64,000 nt of DNA from a virus. Its lineage: Duplodnaviria > Caudoviricetes. The stretch covers positions 12,953 to 76,952 of IMG/VR virus record IMGVR_UViG_3300005805_000072; one strand, 5' to 3'. This document shows positions 11,301 to 20,609 of the stretch, piece after piece (positions within the stretch are counted from its first letter, which is position 1; every line of letters begins with the position of its first letter). The notes below the pieces were generated by a model, which had not been told where the DNA came from, made no database searches, and saw only the letters and a list, made by a program, of their open reading frames with translations. The position numbers and the translations under genes were made by a program.

Positions 11301-14119
11301 CTGTATTGAGCGATGTTGAATCGAATGTGATCTACAAGGATATACAGACCTCTGAGGGAACCGATGCCATAAAGAGAGCGGTGCTTGTCGATACATTCGA
11401 TGGTCATTCCATAGGAGATGTCCTCAACTCAGACTATAGATGCTCCATAGACATCGAAAAGGGAGAATTGAAACCGTCTTTCGATTCAAATGCTTATGCT
11501 ATGGAATATGTCGGTAGTGACAGTGGCATTACATTGACATTGGATAACATACTCTGCGAGTCATATGTTCGTCATGAGACTCCTGTGGTGGAGCAAAACA
11601 AGGCAAGCAGCACACTTAAGGTCAATCCATTCGGCTTCCCGAACTGGGTTGGAAACATGGTCATAAGACCGCATGGTGATTTCTGGTATGACAAGGACTA
11701 TAGACCATCGATCAAGTCGAATGATTCCGGTGTGAATGATGCATGGGTTGCCGGAAAGATGGATGGCATCAATGGACACGGAAGCCAGTGGAACGATTGG
11801 GAAAGCCTATGGACAGGACTCTCGACAGAACTAACTGAAGCAGAGAGCAAGAAGAATGCAGAGTTCTTTGGAAAGAGTCGCGAGAAGGCTGTCGATAGTT
11901 CAAATGCCATTGAGAACAAGTGGTTCAACAAGTTGGGAATCTCTCGCGAGACCGATCTGGTGGATTCGATCAAGAACATCTATCAGACCGATTTCCGCAA
12001 GAAGGGATACTATGCCAATGTTTCCACCGACACGGTGATCAATACAAGCATTGTTCCCTACATGAGGGATGAGATCATCATCTTCAATGCATTCAACATG
12101 AAGCCAGGAACTCCTGTTCATGTCTTTGTTGACAATGTAAACATGAATGATTTGTGCTATCGCATAGCGGTTGATGGAGATGCTGCGGGTGGAACCGTGT
12201 ACATGCTCGGAACGACCTATGCGAATGGAGCCACTGGTTTCACGGGTCCGTTCGTGACCGATTCATTCAATGGATCACTTACGAATGTGGTGCTTGGAAT
12301 ACCGCGTGGTCTGTTTGAGGTGGGTGAAAAGATCATTCGCGTCATCGATGATCCAAACAACGATGTCGAGAATGCCACTACTGTTGCAGAGGCAGTGTTC
12401 TACTGCGGAGGAATCAAACAGCAGAACACCCTTGATGTTCAGTCTATCCGCTCACCCGAGATAAGGAGACAGACTCCAAACAGCAACAAGGTAGTATCCA
12501 CCCCTCTGTACAGGAAGAAGAACATCAACACCATCAAGTACAACAACTGGGTGGATCCGATGTCTCAGACCTTTGAGATCAGCGACGATCTCTATCCAAA
12601 TGGAATGTATGCAGAAAGCGTTGATCTATACTTTGCATCTATAGATCCAGAGTTGCCCGTTACAATCAGCATATGCCCCGTGATAAACGGTCTGCCGCAT
12701 ACCTCCGTGGTTCTTCCTTTCAGCACAGTGGTCAAGAATCCTTATCAGTTGGTCTATGATCCAAGTACGCCAAAGGCTACTACATTCAAGTTTTCGACTC
12801 CGGTGTTCCTCGCACCCGGCGAATATGCCATCATGGTTCATACGAATAGCACAAGATATTCGGTGTTCGTTGCAAGCATTGGCGAAGTAGACATGGAAAC
12901 TGACGAAAGAATCTCATCGACATTGTCGAAGGGTTCTCTCTTCAAGTCGCAGAATAATTCCGAGAGTTCTGGAGACAATAATACCGACTTGATGTTCAAG
13001 TTGTACAGATGTCAGTTCTCAACCAATGGAAATGGAATCAGAAACTTCTCCATACAAACCATTGAGGATGAAGACGCAGATCCGCTTAATGCTGTAGGAG
13101 TGCTTCAGCCAAACCTGTTCATGTTCACTCCAGAAGATGTGACTGTCACTTCCTCGCAACTTGGCGTTCCTGGTAGGTCATATCCGTTCAACAACAGCAG
13201 AAATCTTTCGTTGATAGAGCCTCTTGAGGAAATCAGCGATACCTCATTGGTTACATACGACATATCCACAAAGAATACCAGCAATGGTGTCAATACTTTC
13301 ATGGTTGATATGGATAGAACCAACTTGATTGCAATTTCATACATCATAACCGATGGACAGAATAGCCGCACAGTTGAGGAAAACCCAAACGCATTTAGAC
13401 CAAGAAGAAAGAAGGTCAAGCGAGGTGCATTTGGACTTGGTGGATTGCTTGTGGGTGCTGTACTTGGATTTGTTACTTTTGGTGCAGCACTGGCGGTTAC
13501 AACCACCACATTTATTGTCGCTCCTATTATCAGTCCCCTCCCTGTTGCTATTTATGGAACTGCCTTCAATACTCTAGCCGCTGCAATAGGTGGAGTTGGA
13601 GGAGGTGTGGTTGGTGCTGGCTTGACCCGTAGAGGCAGAAAGAAATGGACATATGGCAAGAAACTTCTTGTTCCAGACTACACCACCAATCCACTTGAGG
13701 AACAGTCCCTCATAAATGCCGAATCGGACAATACTGCAAGGTACATAACCCGATCAGTGCAGATTCCCAATGGACTGAGGGCAAAGGAACTCAAGGTCTA
13801 CTTTGATGCAAACATTCCAAATAGTGCATCTGTCAAGGTATATGCAAAGACTATTGATTCCACTCAGTTCTCCAAAGAGATTGAGGAAAACCCATATCAG
13901 TTGATGACTGAAGAAAACTTCAGTGCATTTGTCGGAGCAGTTCAGGAAAGTCAGACCAGTCAGGGATATTCCGTGAATGAGTATGACTACAGGGAAGCCG
14001 CATATTCGATTGTTCCCGATATCTCATTCAACACATTCGTTGTAAAGATCGTCATGTATACCACAAACGAAACCAGGGTTCCCACCATCAAGAATCTCAG
14101 GATAGTGGCAGTTGAATGA
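8372..14119 (+). CDS. Giant baseplate/tail structural protein (DUF4815/VrlC-like)
   Basis: NVNPYYDDF...LFRPGYSVQSRELTQLQTILQNQIERFG N-terminus; RTYDERGNYIVKPF; YLPRIDKL; DPMSQTF; C-terminal VPTIKNLRIVA. Confidence 0.85.
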   Translation: MPSYDPNLFNVNPYYDDFNEDKKFLRMLFRPGYSVQSRELTQLQTILQNQIERFGNNIFKDGSVIIGGQITTQTLNFVRLLPQTIATANSPKVESLSAGDLIGYNIIQRNATGDSLAKAKIVNVLPSYSDSDDYVIAVISYMSGNQFSAGVTAECDNPDKFFVVQTAPSSTTVPHRGSCKTVAVAEGVYYVDGFFVKTDNQLQAAYTISNEVRQFNQPTGSMGFAVKSIIVSEKEDYTLKDPASGSYNYNAPGSHRFKIELELTFSELAEQQDFVELVRYAAGEVIKKFDQTQYPELVKLFAQRTYDERGNYIVKPFSISMREKDDTTLIAELGSGKAYVFGHEYESVFRDQIEVPKARSTAEYQDIAIQNSFENYVVGKYRTQVNNNGTGPYNTRILPLLNGNDGTEPILVYGIKSNVPLANYRSTGFSGAIFSARLHRMEFANSSINDTAYGGAASSGVTGTDMKAYLSDIQVYQSGITGTANQFVNLFAIDQVTGLSTRVLFDLVTLRDVDPSSDLILPKFNNFANQQLIFPLNGNTPTTQIKDVERVSYVYTVYRQFFADASNDFKPSVAIDLPSDFKWCTGEGFTPGSQGLDAELTIDEQDEYYLVFNATATGATNQTSGGIFPGMIWRIRGGTPIDRVVSGFSFSYPTAKITDNGAYIKFTKALAPGSYTIIGKAKANNQYIDQDPTNKIRTKTLTSKTETVTSSMSTIDTYKRKIQYSTDASNSIVSLYFNLDNADVFSINSITGITGQDILYKFQFDSGQRDSAYLLGRLYVKPKYINEFKTNETFTFTVNYSCFSHEGYGPFVKESYNGITYDNIPVFVSPTSGKSINLSNAIDFRPVETISGFRNNGSSGAASNIPIIDYVGGFIPSNYSISTDYIAYLPRIDKLVISRNIAADGDTSTLRRIPGIASDSPQIPEDLNESMTLSILSIPAYTFNPDDVKSDSIGNNRFTMKDIARMSKRVDELEQHAVLSDVESNVIYKDIQTSEGTDAIKRAVLVDTFDGHSIGDVLNSDYRCSIDIEKGELKPSFDSNAYAMEYVGSDSGITLTLDNILCESYVRHETPVVEQNKASSTLKVNPFGFPNWVGNMVIRPHGDFWYDKDYRPSIKSNDSGVNDAWVAGKMDGINGHGSQWNDWESLWTGLSTELTEAESKKNAEFFGKSREKAVDSSNAIENKWFNKLGISRETDLVDSIKNIYQTDFRKKGYYANVSTDTVINTSIVPYMRDEIIIFNAFNMKPGTPVHVFVDNVNMNDLCYRIAVDGDAAGGTVYMLGTTYANGATGFTGPFVTDSFNGSLTNVVLGIPRGLFEVGEKIIRVIDDPNNDVENATTVAEAVFYCGGIKQQNTLDVQSIRSPEIRRQTPNSNKVVSTPLYRKKNINTIKYNNWVDPMSQTFEISDDLYPNGMYAESVDLYFASIDPELPVTISICPVINGLPHTSVVLPFSTVVKNPYQLVYDPSTPKATTFKFSTPVFLAPGEYAIMVHTNSTRYSVFVASIGEVDMETDERISSTLSKGSLFKSQNNSESSGDNNTDLMFKLYRCQFSTNGNGIRNFSIQTIEDEDADPLNAVGVLQPNLFMFTPEDVTVTSSQLGVPGRSYPFNNSRNLSLIEPLEEISDTSLVTYDISTKNTSNGVNTFMVDMDRTNLIAISYIITDGQNSRTVEENPNAFRPRRKKVKRGAFGLGGLLVGAVLGFVTFGAALAVTTTTFIVAPIISPLPVAIYGTAFNTLAAAIGGVGGGVVGAGLTRRGRKKWTYGKKLLVPDYTTNPLEEQSLINAESDNTARYITRSVQIPNGLRAKELKVYFDANIPNSASVKVYAKTIDSTQFSKEIEENPYQLMTEENFSAFVGAVQESQTSQGYSVNEYDYREAAYSIVPDISFNTFVVKIVMYTTNETRVPTIKNLRIVAVE

Positions 14120-14310
14120 TGAAGTATACCCGAGACAAATCCTCTGGCGCACTGATCATTCACAATCCCGAGAAGGAGAAGGAAATACTCTTTCGCAGGG
14201 GAGTGGATAAAGAACTAAAGGCTTTGAGGGAAGAGATAAATACATTGAAGAAGCAAGTACAGGAACTATTAGCAGAGAGAAACTCAGATGCCGACAGGTC
14301 CAGCCAATAG
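14116..14310 (+). CDS. Small coiled-coil protein following the DUF4815-like gene
   Basis: YTRDKSSGALII then heptad LKALREEINTLKKQVQELL; ATGA coupling. Confidence 0.65.
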   Translation: MMKYTRDKSSGALIIHNPEKEKEILFRRGVDKELKALREEINTLKKQVQELLAERNSDADRSSQ

Positions 14311-16867
14311 CAGTTACATAATCCCACCCCTCACCTTGTCGGATACCATGTATGAGTGGTACACGCTCACGAACAATGAGATCATAGACAAGTTGAACCG
14401 CCTCAAGGTCTATGAGGTGGCTGGTGATACTGGCATAGCGGTAAATACCAACGACAGTGGTGTGGCAACCGTCTATCTTGCAGAAATTATTCCTGGTCCG
14501 CATACCTTCACAGGAAACATCACATTTGATGGAACCGTTACGACTGTAAATACCAATCTCGTCACTATAGACGACTACAACCTCGTACTTGGTGCGGTTG
14601 GAACGGGAGGAACTGGTGGCACAAGCGATAATGTGATAACAGATGCGGGTGGCGGCGGCATAATAATCGCTGGTTCATGTGGCGACAAGTATTTCCTGTG
14701 GAAGGGATTTGAGGGGACAAGGACATACAGTGGATGGCGAATCAGCGATGCTCTTGCCTTCACTGGAGATGCCAAGTTCTACTCTAAGAACAACAAGTTC
14801 ATCTTCTCCGAAGGTGATGATGCAACCCCTGCTTCTCGCGTCACTATGTCAACATACAGCGGTGGTGCAACCGTTGATGTTGAGACATACTTTGATTCAC
14901 CAGGAACAACATATGGAACCTTGTCCATGTTGGACGATGGCTCATCCCGAGTCATAAATGGTTCAATCATCAAGCGGTTCTCCGTGCCTGCTGGTGGAAT
15001 AACAGGAATAGGTCTTACCTTTGGAATGGTGGTTAGGCACGATGTAAACAGCGGAGGTATAACCCTTGCAAGGGCAAATACCGTTGCAAATGCCGAATCA
15101 ATTGGCGTGGCAGTCAATCTGAACTTTGCCTCAAGTTATGTCGATGTAAATCTACTTGGATATGTCAGCGGAAACTTCAGTGGTGCTATAGCAAGTGCTG
15201 ATGGGGTGACTAGTCTTGGCACAGGTGAATTCTACTTCCTCTCTGAAAATGAGAGCGGAAAGATAACCAAGAATGCTCCGAGCGTCACAGGACAGGTCAG
15301 GAAGCCGATTCTTTATGCACTTGGAAGCAATCAGGCAATGGTGATGAACTATGTCGGCAACAAGATTGTCGATACTGATGCCATCTATTCCAAGTTGAAT
15401 GCATCTACGGTTATCATAAAGCATGAACCAGGATTGTTCAGCATCGGTGATACTGTGAGGTTTGAAGAAGGCATCACCGCAAACGACAGACCATTCGGTT
15501 CATATGTGAAGGCATCGAATAGCAGCACTGAGGTTGCCGAGGCACTTGGAATCATATCCAAGATCAACTATGGTGGAAACTCTGCTGCATCATTGATGAC
15601 TGTGTCGGGATACATCGATCTTGCTGCATCTGGCAGGACATTCTCTCCAGGCATGGTCTACTTCGTTGGTTTCGATCCAGGAACTCTTGTAGACACCCCT
15701 CCATTGACTGTAAACTCGGTCAGAAAACCGATGATGGTTGCAGTCACGCCAACGGCGGGTATAGTTCAGAACTACGTCGGTCTCATAGTCACCACCAATA
15801 CAGACACAGGAACAAGCATATTGATTCCTCGCGGTGGATCTGGTTTCAGAAACAAGTTGATCAATGGAAACTTCGATTTTTGGCAGAGAGGCACGACCTT
15901 CTCGTTCGTCAACACAATAACAGAGCCAAATCGCTACACTGCTGATAGATGGAAACTCATAAACACCGGAGCAGCGGCAGAAGACAGACTTGCCGTATCT
16001 GTGAACCGATTGAAACTTGGAGTTGGGGAGATCAGCGATTCCACAGTTCATTCCAAGTACGGACTTGAGTTCAATATTGGCACTGGTGGATATGCCAGCG
16101 ATTCAGCCACATATTTGTTCCAAAGAATTGAGGGAATAGAGCATATGCCAAAGGGATATGCCACACTATCCTTCTATGTAAAGTCAACAACCGATCTGGC
16201 AAAACTTGGAGTTTCATTCAGAAGAGACTTTGGTGGTGGAACGGCACCAGACTATCAGTTCACTGGAGTAGAAAAGAACTCGCAGAAGAATGCTGGTATA
16301 GTGGTTAGTGTTCCTAGCGACAGGTGGCTAAAAGTCAGTCATACCTTTGAACTTCCAGATTCAACTAATGGACTTATTGGTACAAGCGGAACGGATGGAC
16401 CTGAGATCAGGTTCTTTATCCGCGCTGGATCGAACCTGGTTGGTTCGACAGCAGATGTGCGTGAGGCTATAAATCCTAATCTTTCTGGTGTGAACAACTA
16501 CAAGATATACCTTGCACAGGTTCAATTTGAGTATGGTCAGGATGCCAGCCTGTTTGAACTTAACGATCCCACATCGGAGTTCAACCGATGCCTGAGATAC
16601 TATCAGACGACAAACAGCGACACACCATTCAGAAATATAACAGATGGAAACTCAAATGCATTGAATGATGATTCGATACCATTTGACTCCACCGACATAG
16701 TAGTTCGTTATCCCGTTGAGATACGAGATCCGGACAACTGCACGATAACGATGAAGTCGCAGCCATCTTTCACACAAACCACGATCACCAAGTCCAAGAA
16801 GGGTTTCAAGACAACCAAGGCAGGTGGAACTGTGAACCTAAACTACGAAGTGGAATCTGAACTCTAA
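14288..16867 (+). CDS. Tail fibre / structural protein
   Basis: N-terminal fibre motif (LTLSDTMYEW...NEII; TVNTNLVTIDD..L.LG), two internal beta-sandwich repeats, RNKLINGNFDFWQRG...RYTADRW module common in phage fibres. Confidence 0.75.
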   Translation: MPTGPANSSYIIPPLTLSDTMYEWYTLTNNEIIDKLNRLKVYEVAGDTGIAVNTNDSGVATVYLAEIIPGPHTFTGNITFDGTVTTVNTNLVTIDDYNLVLGAVGTGGTGGTSDNVITDAGGGGIIIAGSCGDKYFLWKGFEGTRTYSGWRISDALAFTGDAKFYSKNNKFIFSEGDDATPASRVTMSTYSGGATVDVETYFDSPGTTYGTLSMLDDGSSRVINGSIIKRFSVPAGGITGIGLTFGMVVRHDVNSGGITLARANTVANAESIGVAVNLNFASSYVDVNLLGYVSGNFSGAIASADGVTSLGTGEFYFLSENESGKITKNAPSVTGQVRKPILYALGSNQAMVMNYVGNKIVDTDAIYSKLNASTVIIKHEPGLFSIGDTVRFEEGITANDRPFGSYVKASNSSTEVAEALGIISKINYGGNSAASLMTVSGYIDLAASGRTFSPGMVYFVGFDPGTLVDTPPLTVNSVRKPMMVAVTPTAGIVQNYVGLIVTTNTDTGTSILIPRGGSGFRNKLINGNFDFWQRGTTFSFVNTITEPNRYTADRWKLINTGAAAEDRLAVSVNRLKLGVGEISDSTVHSKYGLEFNIGTGGYASDSATYLFQRIEGIEHMPKGYATLSFYVKSTTDLAKLGVSFRRDFGGGTAPDYQFTGVEKNSQKNAGIVVSVPSDRWLKVSHTFELPDSTNGLIGTSGTDGPEIRFFIRAGSNLVGSTADVREAINPNLSGVNNYKIYLAQVQFEYGQDASLFELNDPTSEFNRCLRYYQTTNSDTPFRNITDGNSNALNDDSIPFDSTDIVVRYPVEIRDPDNCTITMKSQPSFTQTTITKSKKGFKTTKAGGTVNLNYEVESEL

Positions 16868-16877
16868 AGAGGCATAA

Positions 16878-18740
16878 ATGGGATATAGCGCATTCGATCC
16901 AGTAGCACTTGCAGACACCCGTTCAGTCAAGAACAAGATAGATGTCGGAGGAATAACATCCGACGTTCTGGCTGTTGGCGATGTGATTCGATACGATCCC
17001 GAGACAGACACATACATGAAGGCGCAAGCCAACAATGATGTGAATGCCAACTTCATCGGAGTTGTCGAGTCGGTCGATGGAACCAGCATCACTGTGGTTT
17101 ACTCTGGTGAAATATCCTTGCCCGATACAGTCATGTCATTGGTTGCGGGGTATACTGGAGCGCAGGTTTTCTATCTTTCCGACACACAGGAAGGAAAGTT
17201 GACTACCACGGCTCCAAGCAGCCCCGCAAGCATAATCAAACCCGTGATCATATCAATGGGAACCGTTCAAGATGGCATTCCATCTGGCGCACAGGGAACC
17301 GTTGATGGAATTGTCGTAAACTCATTGGGAACCAAGATCAGCGGAGATTCAACGGTTGATCTAAGTGATATACAGCCCGTTGGATCAGTCCTTGCCTTTG
17401 CAGGAAAGACTGGAGATATTCCAGCGGGATGGGACATCTGCGATGGTGGGTATCTAAGCACAACGACATATTCCGATCTATATGGAGCATTGAACTACGG
17501 AAAGTTGTATGGGTTCAAGCAACTGGTAAACCTTCAGAAGGTTACTGCCAGTGGAAGCGGCATAGTCAACATAAACAATCTGATAGGAAGTCAGTTCTTG
17601 GTGACAAGAGCAGGTCTGTCCGATTCATTCCGTTGCACCGTGCTGAGTGGAACAGTCTCAGGAACATCAATCACAAGTGCCGTTGTCGAGGTTGATCCAA
17701 ACTATGTCAATGGAGGATATCACGACTCCGAGTTGCAAAACGGAGATCTCTGTCGTTTCTATATTGATGGTGAGATTTTTGATGCGGTTTATTCCGTTAC
17801 AAACACCCCCGCAAAGACAGAATTCAAGAAACCCGACTTGAGAGCAAGATTCATCATTGGTTCCTCACGCGGTTATACCGGTCAAGAGAATACTGCATTC
17901 AGCACATATACAGTGGGTCAGTTCGGTGGCGAAGAGTTTCATACTCTTCTTGCTAATGAGATGCCAATTCATGCACACGGAATCACCTGGACACTTGAAC
18001 TTGCTGGAAGCGTGGGTGCCACACACGATCTCTATACCGAGGAATCGGGAGCGCATACGCATCTTGGAAGACCATTCTCGAATGGTCGAGATCCAAATAA
18101 CTCTGCGAATGGTGTTGGAATTAGAGGAGATCTTCAGCCTGGAGATCCTCCTCCAACCAATGAAAGTTCGAACATCACCACCGAAGCGGGAAGTCACGTT
18201 CACAACATTCGCGGAAACATCTATGTAAGTGCGACTGATTTGCTCCCAACGTTTGATTTCGGAGTTCAAAATGCAGGAGCAAATCTAGCCCACAACAATG
18301 TACCACAACACATTGTCATGTACTGGATCATCAAGACCCGCAAGGATTCATATGCCAAGATATACAAACTGGGTCCGTCTGGTGGTGGAGCAATCGTGGC
18401 AAGAAACACAGCAAAGAGATGGGTTCGTGCCACAAGTGGAACGGGATGCACCACCGACATCGGCTATGGAACATGGGGAATATCAAGGGCTTCTCAAGGC
18501 AACTATGTCTTTACCCATGATATGCTCACCGATCTAGGTGCCACTGGTGCAACTCAATACATAGTTGAGGCAACTGTGACTAAATCTGGATCGGGTCTTA
18601 CACAGATGTTTGTTGCCAATCCCTATAATCTAGGTGGAGTGACATTCGGTGTCATGATCTACGACATAATAGGGGCAACTCATAGTGACAATTTTCAGTA
18701 TCTCAATCTGACCTTGTATGGTGGCGGAACTGCCCTCTGA
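16878..18740 (+). CDS. Tail fibre protein with phage tail-collar domain
   Basis: PVGSVLAFAG...PAGWDICDG...YSDLYGAL...PDLRARFIIG...GGEEFHTLLANEMPIHAH...HNNVPQHIVMYWIIK. Confidence 0.85.
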   Translation: MGYSAFDPVALADTRSVKNKIDVGGITSDVLAVGDVIRYDPETDTYMKAQANNDVNANFIGVVESVDGTSITVVYSGEISLPDTVMSLVAGYTGAQVFYLSDTQEGKLTTTAPSSPASIIKPVIISMGTVQDGIPSGAQGTVDGIVVNSLGTKISGDSTVDLSDIQPVGSVLAFAGKTGDIPAGWDICDGGYLSTTTYSDLYGALNYGKLYGFKQLVNLQKVTASGSGIVNINNLIGSQFLVTRAGLSDSFRCTVLSGTVSGTSITSAVVEVDPNYVNGGYHDSELQNGDLCRFYIDGEIFDAVYSVTNTPAKTEFKKPDLRARFIIGSSRGYTGQENTAFSTYTVGQFGGEEFHTLLANEMPIHAHGITWTLELAGSVGATHDLYTEESGAHTHLGRPFSNGRDPNNSANGVGIRGDLQPGDPPPTNESSNITTEAGSHVHNIRGNIYVSATDLLPTFDFGVQNAGANLAHNNVPQHIVMYWIIKTRKDSYAKIYKLGPSGGGAIVARNTAKRWVRATSGTGCTTDIGYGTWGISRASQGNYVFTHDMLTDLGATGATQYIVEATVTKSGSGLTQMFVANPYNLGGVTFGVMIYDIIGATHSDNFQYLNLTLYGGGTAL

Positions 18741-18749
18741 GGAGTATAA

Positions 18750-20603
18750 ATGGGAGAATTCTCAGCACATAATGTAACCCTTCCCGCTGGTTCACGGTTT
18801 CCAATCGTGAATCAACAGGTGTACTATGTTGCACCGTGGGGAAACGATGCGGAAAATTCTGGCATAAGTGAGAATTCGCCGTTCAGAACTCCCGCGCGGG
18901 CAATAGAAGCCCTTGGCGACAAGGTGATAACTGAAAGTGGTTTTGTAACCATAAAGTTCGCTCCAGGCATCTATGATCTTGACGAACAACTTGTATTGGA
19001 TCACCCACAGGGAAATCGTATAGCATTTGTTGGTGCCGAGCCTGAGATACTTCTCTTACAGTACGTCAGCGACTATTTCACAACAGGCTTCACCGCTGAT
19101 GGATTTGCAAAATACTATTCCGGAGTGACTCATGGAATCACTCTTGCTTGTGTCAGACCAAGCGACAGCACGGTTTATCAGGCAATAACTCCAAGCAACC
19201 CTCTTGGTGTGTTTCACAAGGTTTCTGGTTGTGGAGTTGTCATAGAGGACTTCGATCTCGTTCATTCGGACAACTATAATCCCGCATATTACTATTCGGC
19301 ATATCCATTCAATGCAAGGAACAATTTGCCAAGACAGGGTTGCTTGCTTGGCAGCCACATATTGATGGGAGTAAGTGGTGCAAGCGGCTGTGGCAGTGTC
19401 ATACAGATACAGTCCTCAATTCGCGATGATTGGTTTTCTATTCCACATGGAAACTCGGCATCATGGAGTGCGATGTTTGGAAATGCACAATCAGGAATAT
19501 CCCATTATTCTGCAACCCACAATGGCAACTCGGCTGATCGTACAGAAACTGTAACAAATACATGGTTTCAAAGAGGAAACTCTTTTGGTGGATTGCATTT
19601 CAAGACTCATTTCCAAAGCAACATTCCGGTTGGATACTATGGGTTGAATGAAACCACGGGAGTTCCAAATGGAGCATCAGCAAACATAAAGGGTGCAACA
19701 TTTCCGATATTCAGTCCCAGAGGGGGAACTGCTGTATTCACATATAGGGATGTTGCAGGATTCGTGAATGTTGGGGGTGATTATTCTGGACGATTCACCG
19801 CAACAGGACCAGCGGGAACTTTTCTCAATGATGGTGTATCATTCGGAAAAAACTATCACGAACATTTCCCCGTTGCAGGAAGGGCAGGGATTGGCGATTC
19901 GGGTTCATGGGGAACCGTTAATGCAAATCGCGTAACTGTCAAGATCATTCCAACGGTATTCCGTAGGTTTGGAAACATCCTCAAGATCGGTTCGGGTGGA
20001 ATGAGGAAGATAAAGAACATCTTCTTTGATGGCAAAGACATGCCATCCCACTACAAGTTGGTTGGAAACAGCGAGACGGGATACAGCAACAAGTATGGTG
20101 TCTATGCTGTCAGTGCAACTCTGGGCGAAGTTGTTAACAACGAACCAAGTGATCTTGGCATAGGTCTGTTCAGTAACTGCGGTATGAAGGATTTCCATGT
20201 TGCATTCTATGCGGATCGCGGAACGGATGCCTACCTCGGAAAACTAGTTGCATCAAACTGCACATATGGAATACTTGCAAACAACAGATCAAGCATCAGC
20301 ACAGTTGGAAGCGTATGCACAGGTATGGCATCCACTGGTTTCGGAGCATTTACTTCATCGAACATGGTTGCAGATAGATGCTTTGCTTCTTTCGTGGGGC
20401 AGTCACATGTGACCATTCGCTTGAAATCTGTTCCTACTGGAACTACGTTGGACGACAACTCGTACAATATAGGTCAGACATTTGCAAGTCCGGATGGAAA
20501 GATAAAGGGAACTGTCTGGGATTGGGATCCAAGGGACAAGACCCTTGTGATAGCAGTCAGGGCTGGAATGTTTGAAGCAGCAGACGCAATATTGCAAGGA
20601 TAA
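18750..20603 (+). CDS. Beta-helix (pectate-lyase-like) tailspike/receptor-binding protein, N-terminal part
   Basis: YYVAPWGNDAENSG..ENSPFRT...AI; IKFAPGIYDL; beta-helix rungs YGVYAVSA, YGILANNRSSIST, GFGAFTSSNM. Confidence 0.7.
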   Translation: MGEFSAHNVTLPAGSRFPIVNQQVYYVAPWGNDAENSGISENSPFRTPARAIEALGDKVITESGFVTIKFAPGIYDLDEQLVLDHPQGNRIAFVGAEPEILLLQYVSDYFTTGFTADGFAKYYSGVTHGITLACVRPSDSTVYQAITPSNPLGVFHKVSGCGVVIEDFDLVHSDNYNPAYYYSAYPFNARNNLPRQGCLLGSHILMGVSGASGCGSVIQIQSSIRDDWFSIPHGNSASWSAMFGNAQSGISHYSATHNGNSADRTETVTNTWFQRGNSFGGLHFKTHFQSNIPVGYYGLNETTGVPNGASANIKGATFPIFSPRGGTAVFTYRDVAGFVNVGGDYSGRFTATGPAGTFLNDGVSFGKNYHEHFPVAGRAGIGDSGSWGTVNANRVTVKIIPTVFRRFGNILKIGSGGMRKIKNIFFDGKDMPSHYKLVGNSETGYSNKYGVYAVSATLGEVVNNEPSDLGIGLFSNCGMKDFHVAFYADRGTDAYLGKLVASNCTYGILANNRSSISTVGSVCTGMASTGFGAFTSSNMVADRCFASFVGQSHVTIRLKSVPTGTTLDDNSYNIGQTFASPDGKIKGTVWDWDPRDKTLVIAVRAGMFEAADAILQG

Positions 20604-20609
20604 ACGATC

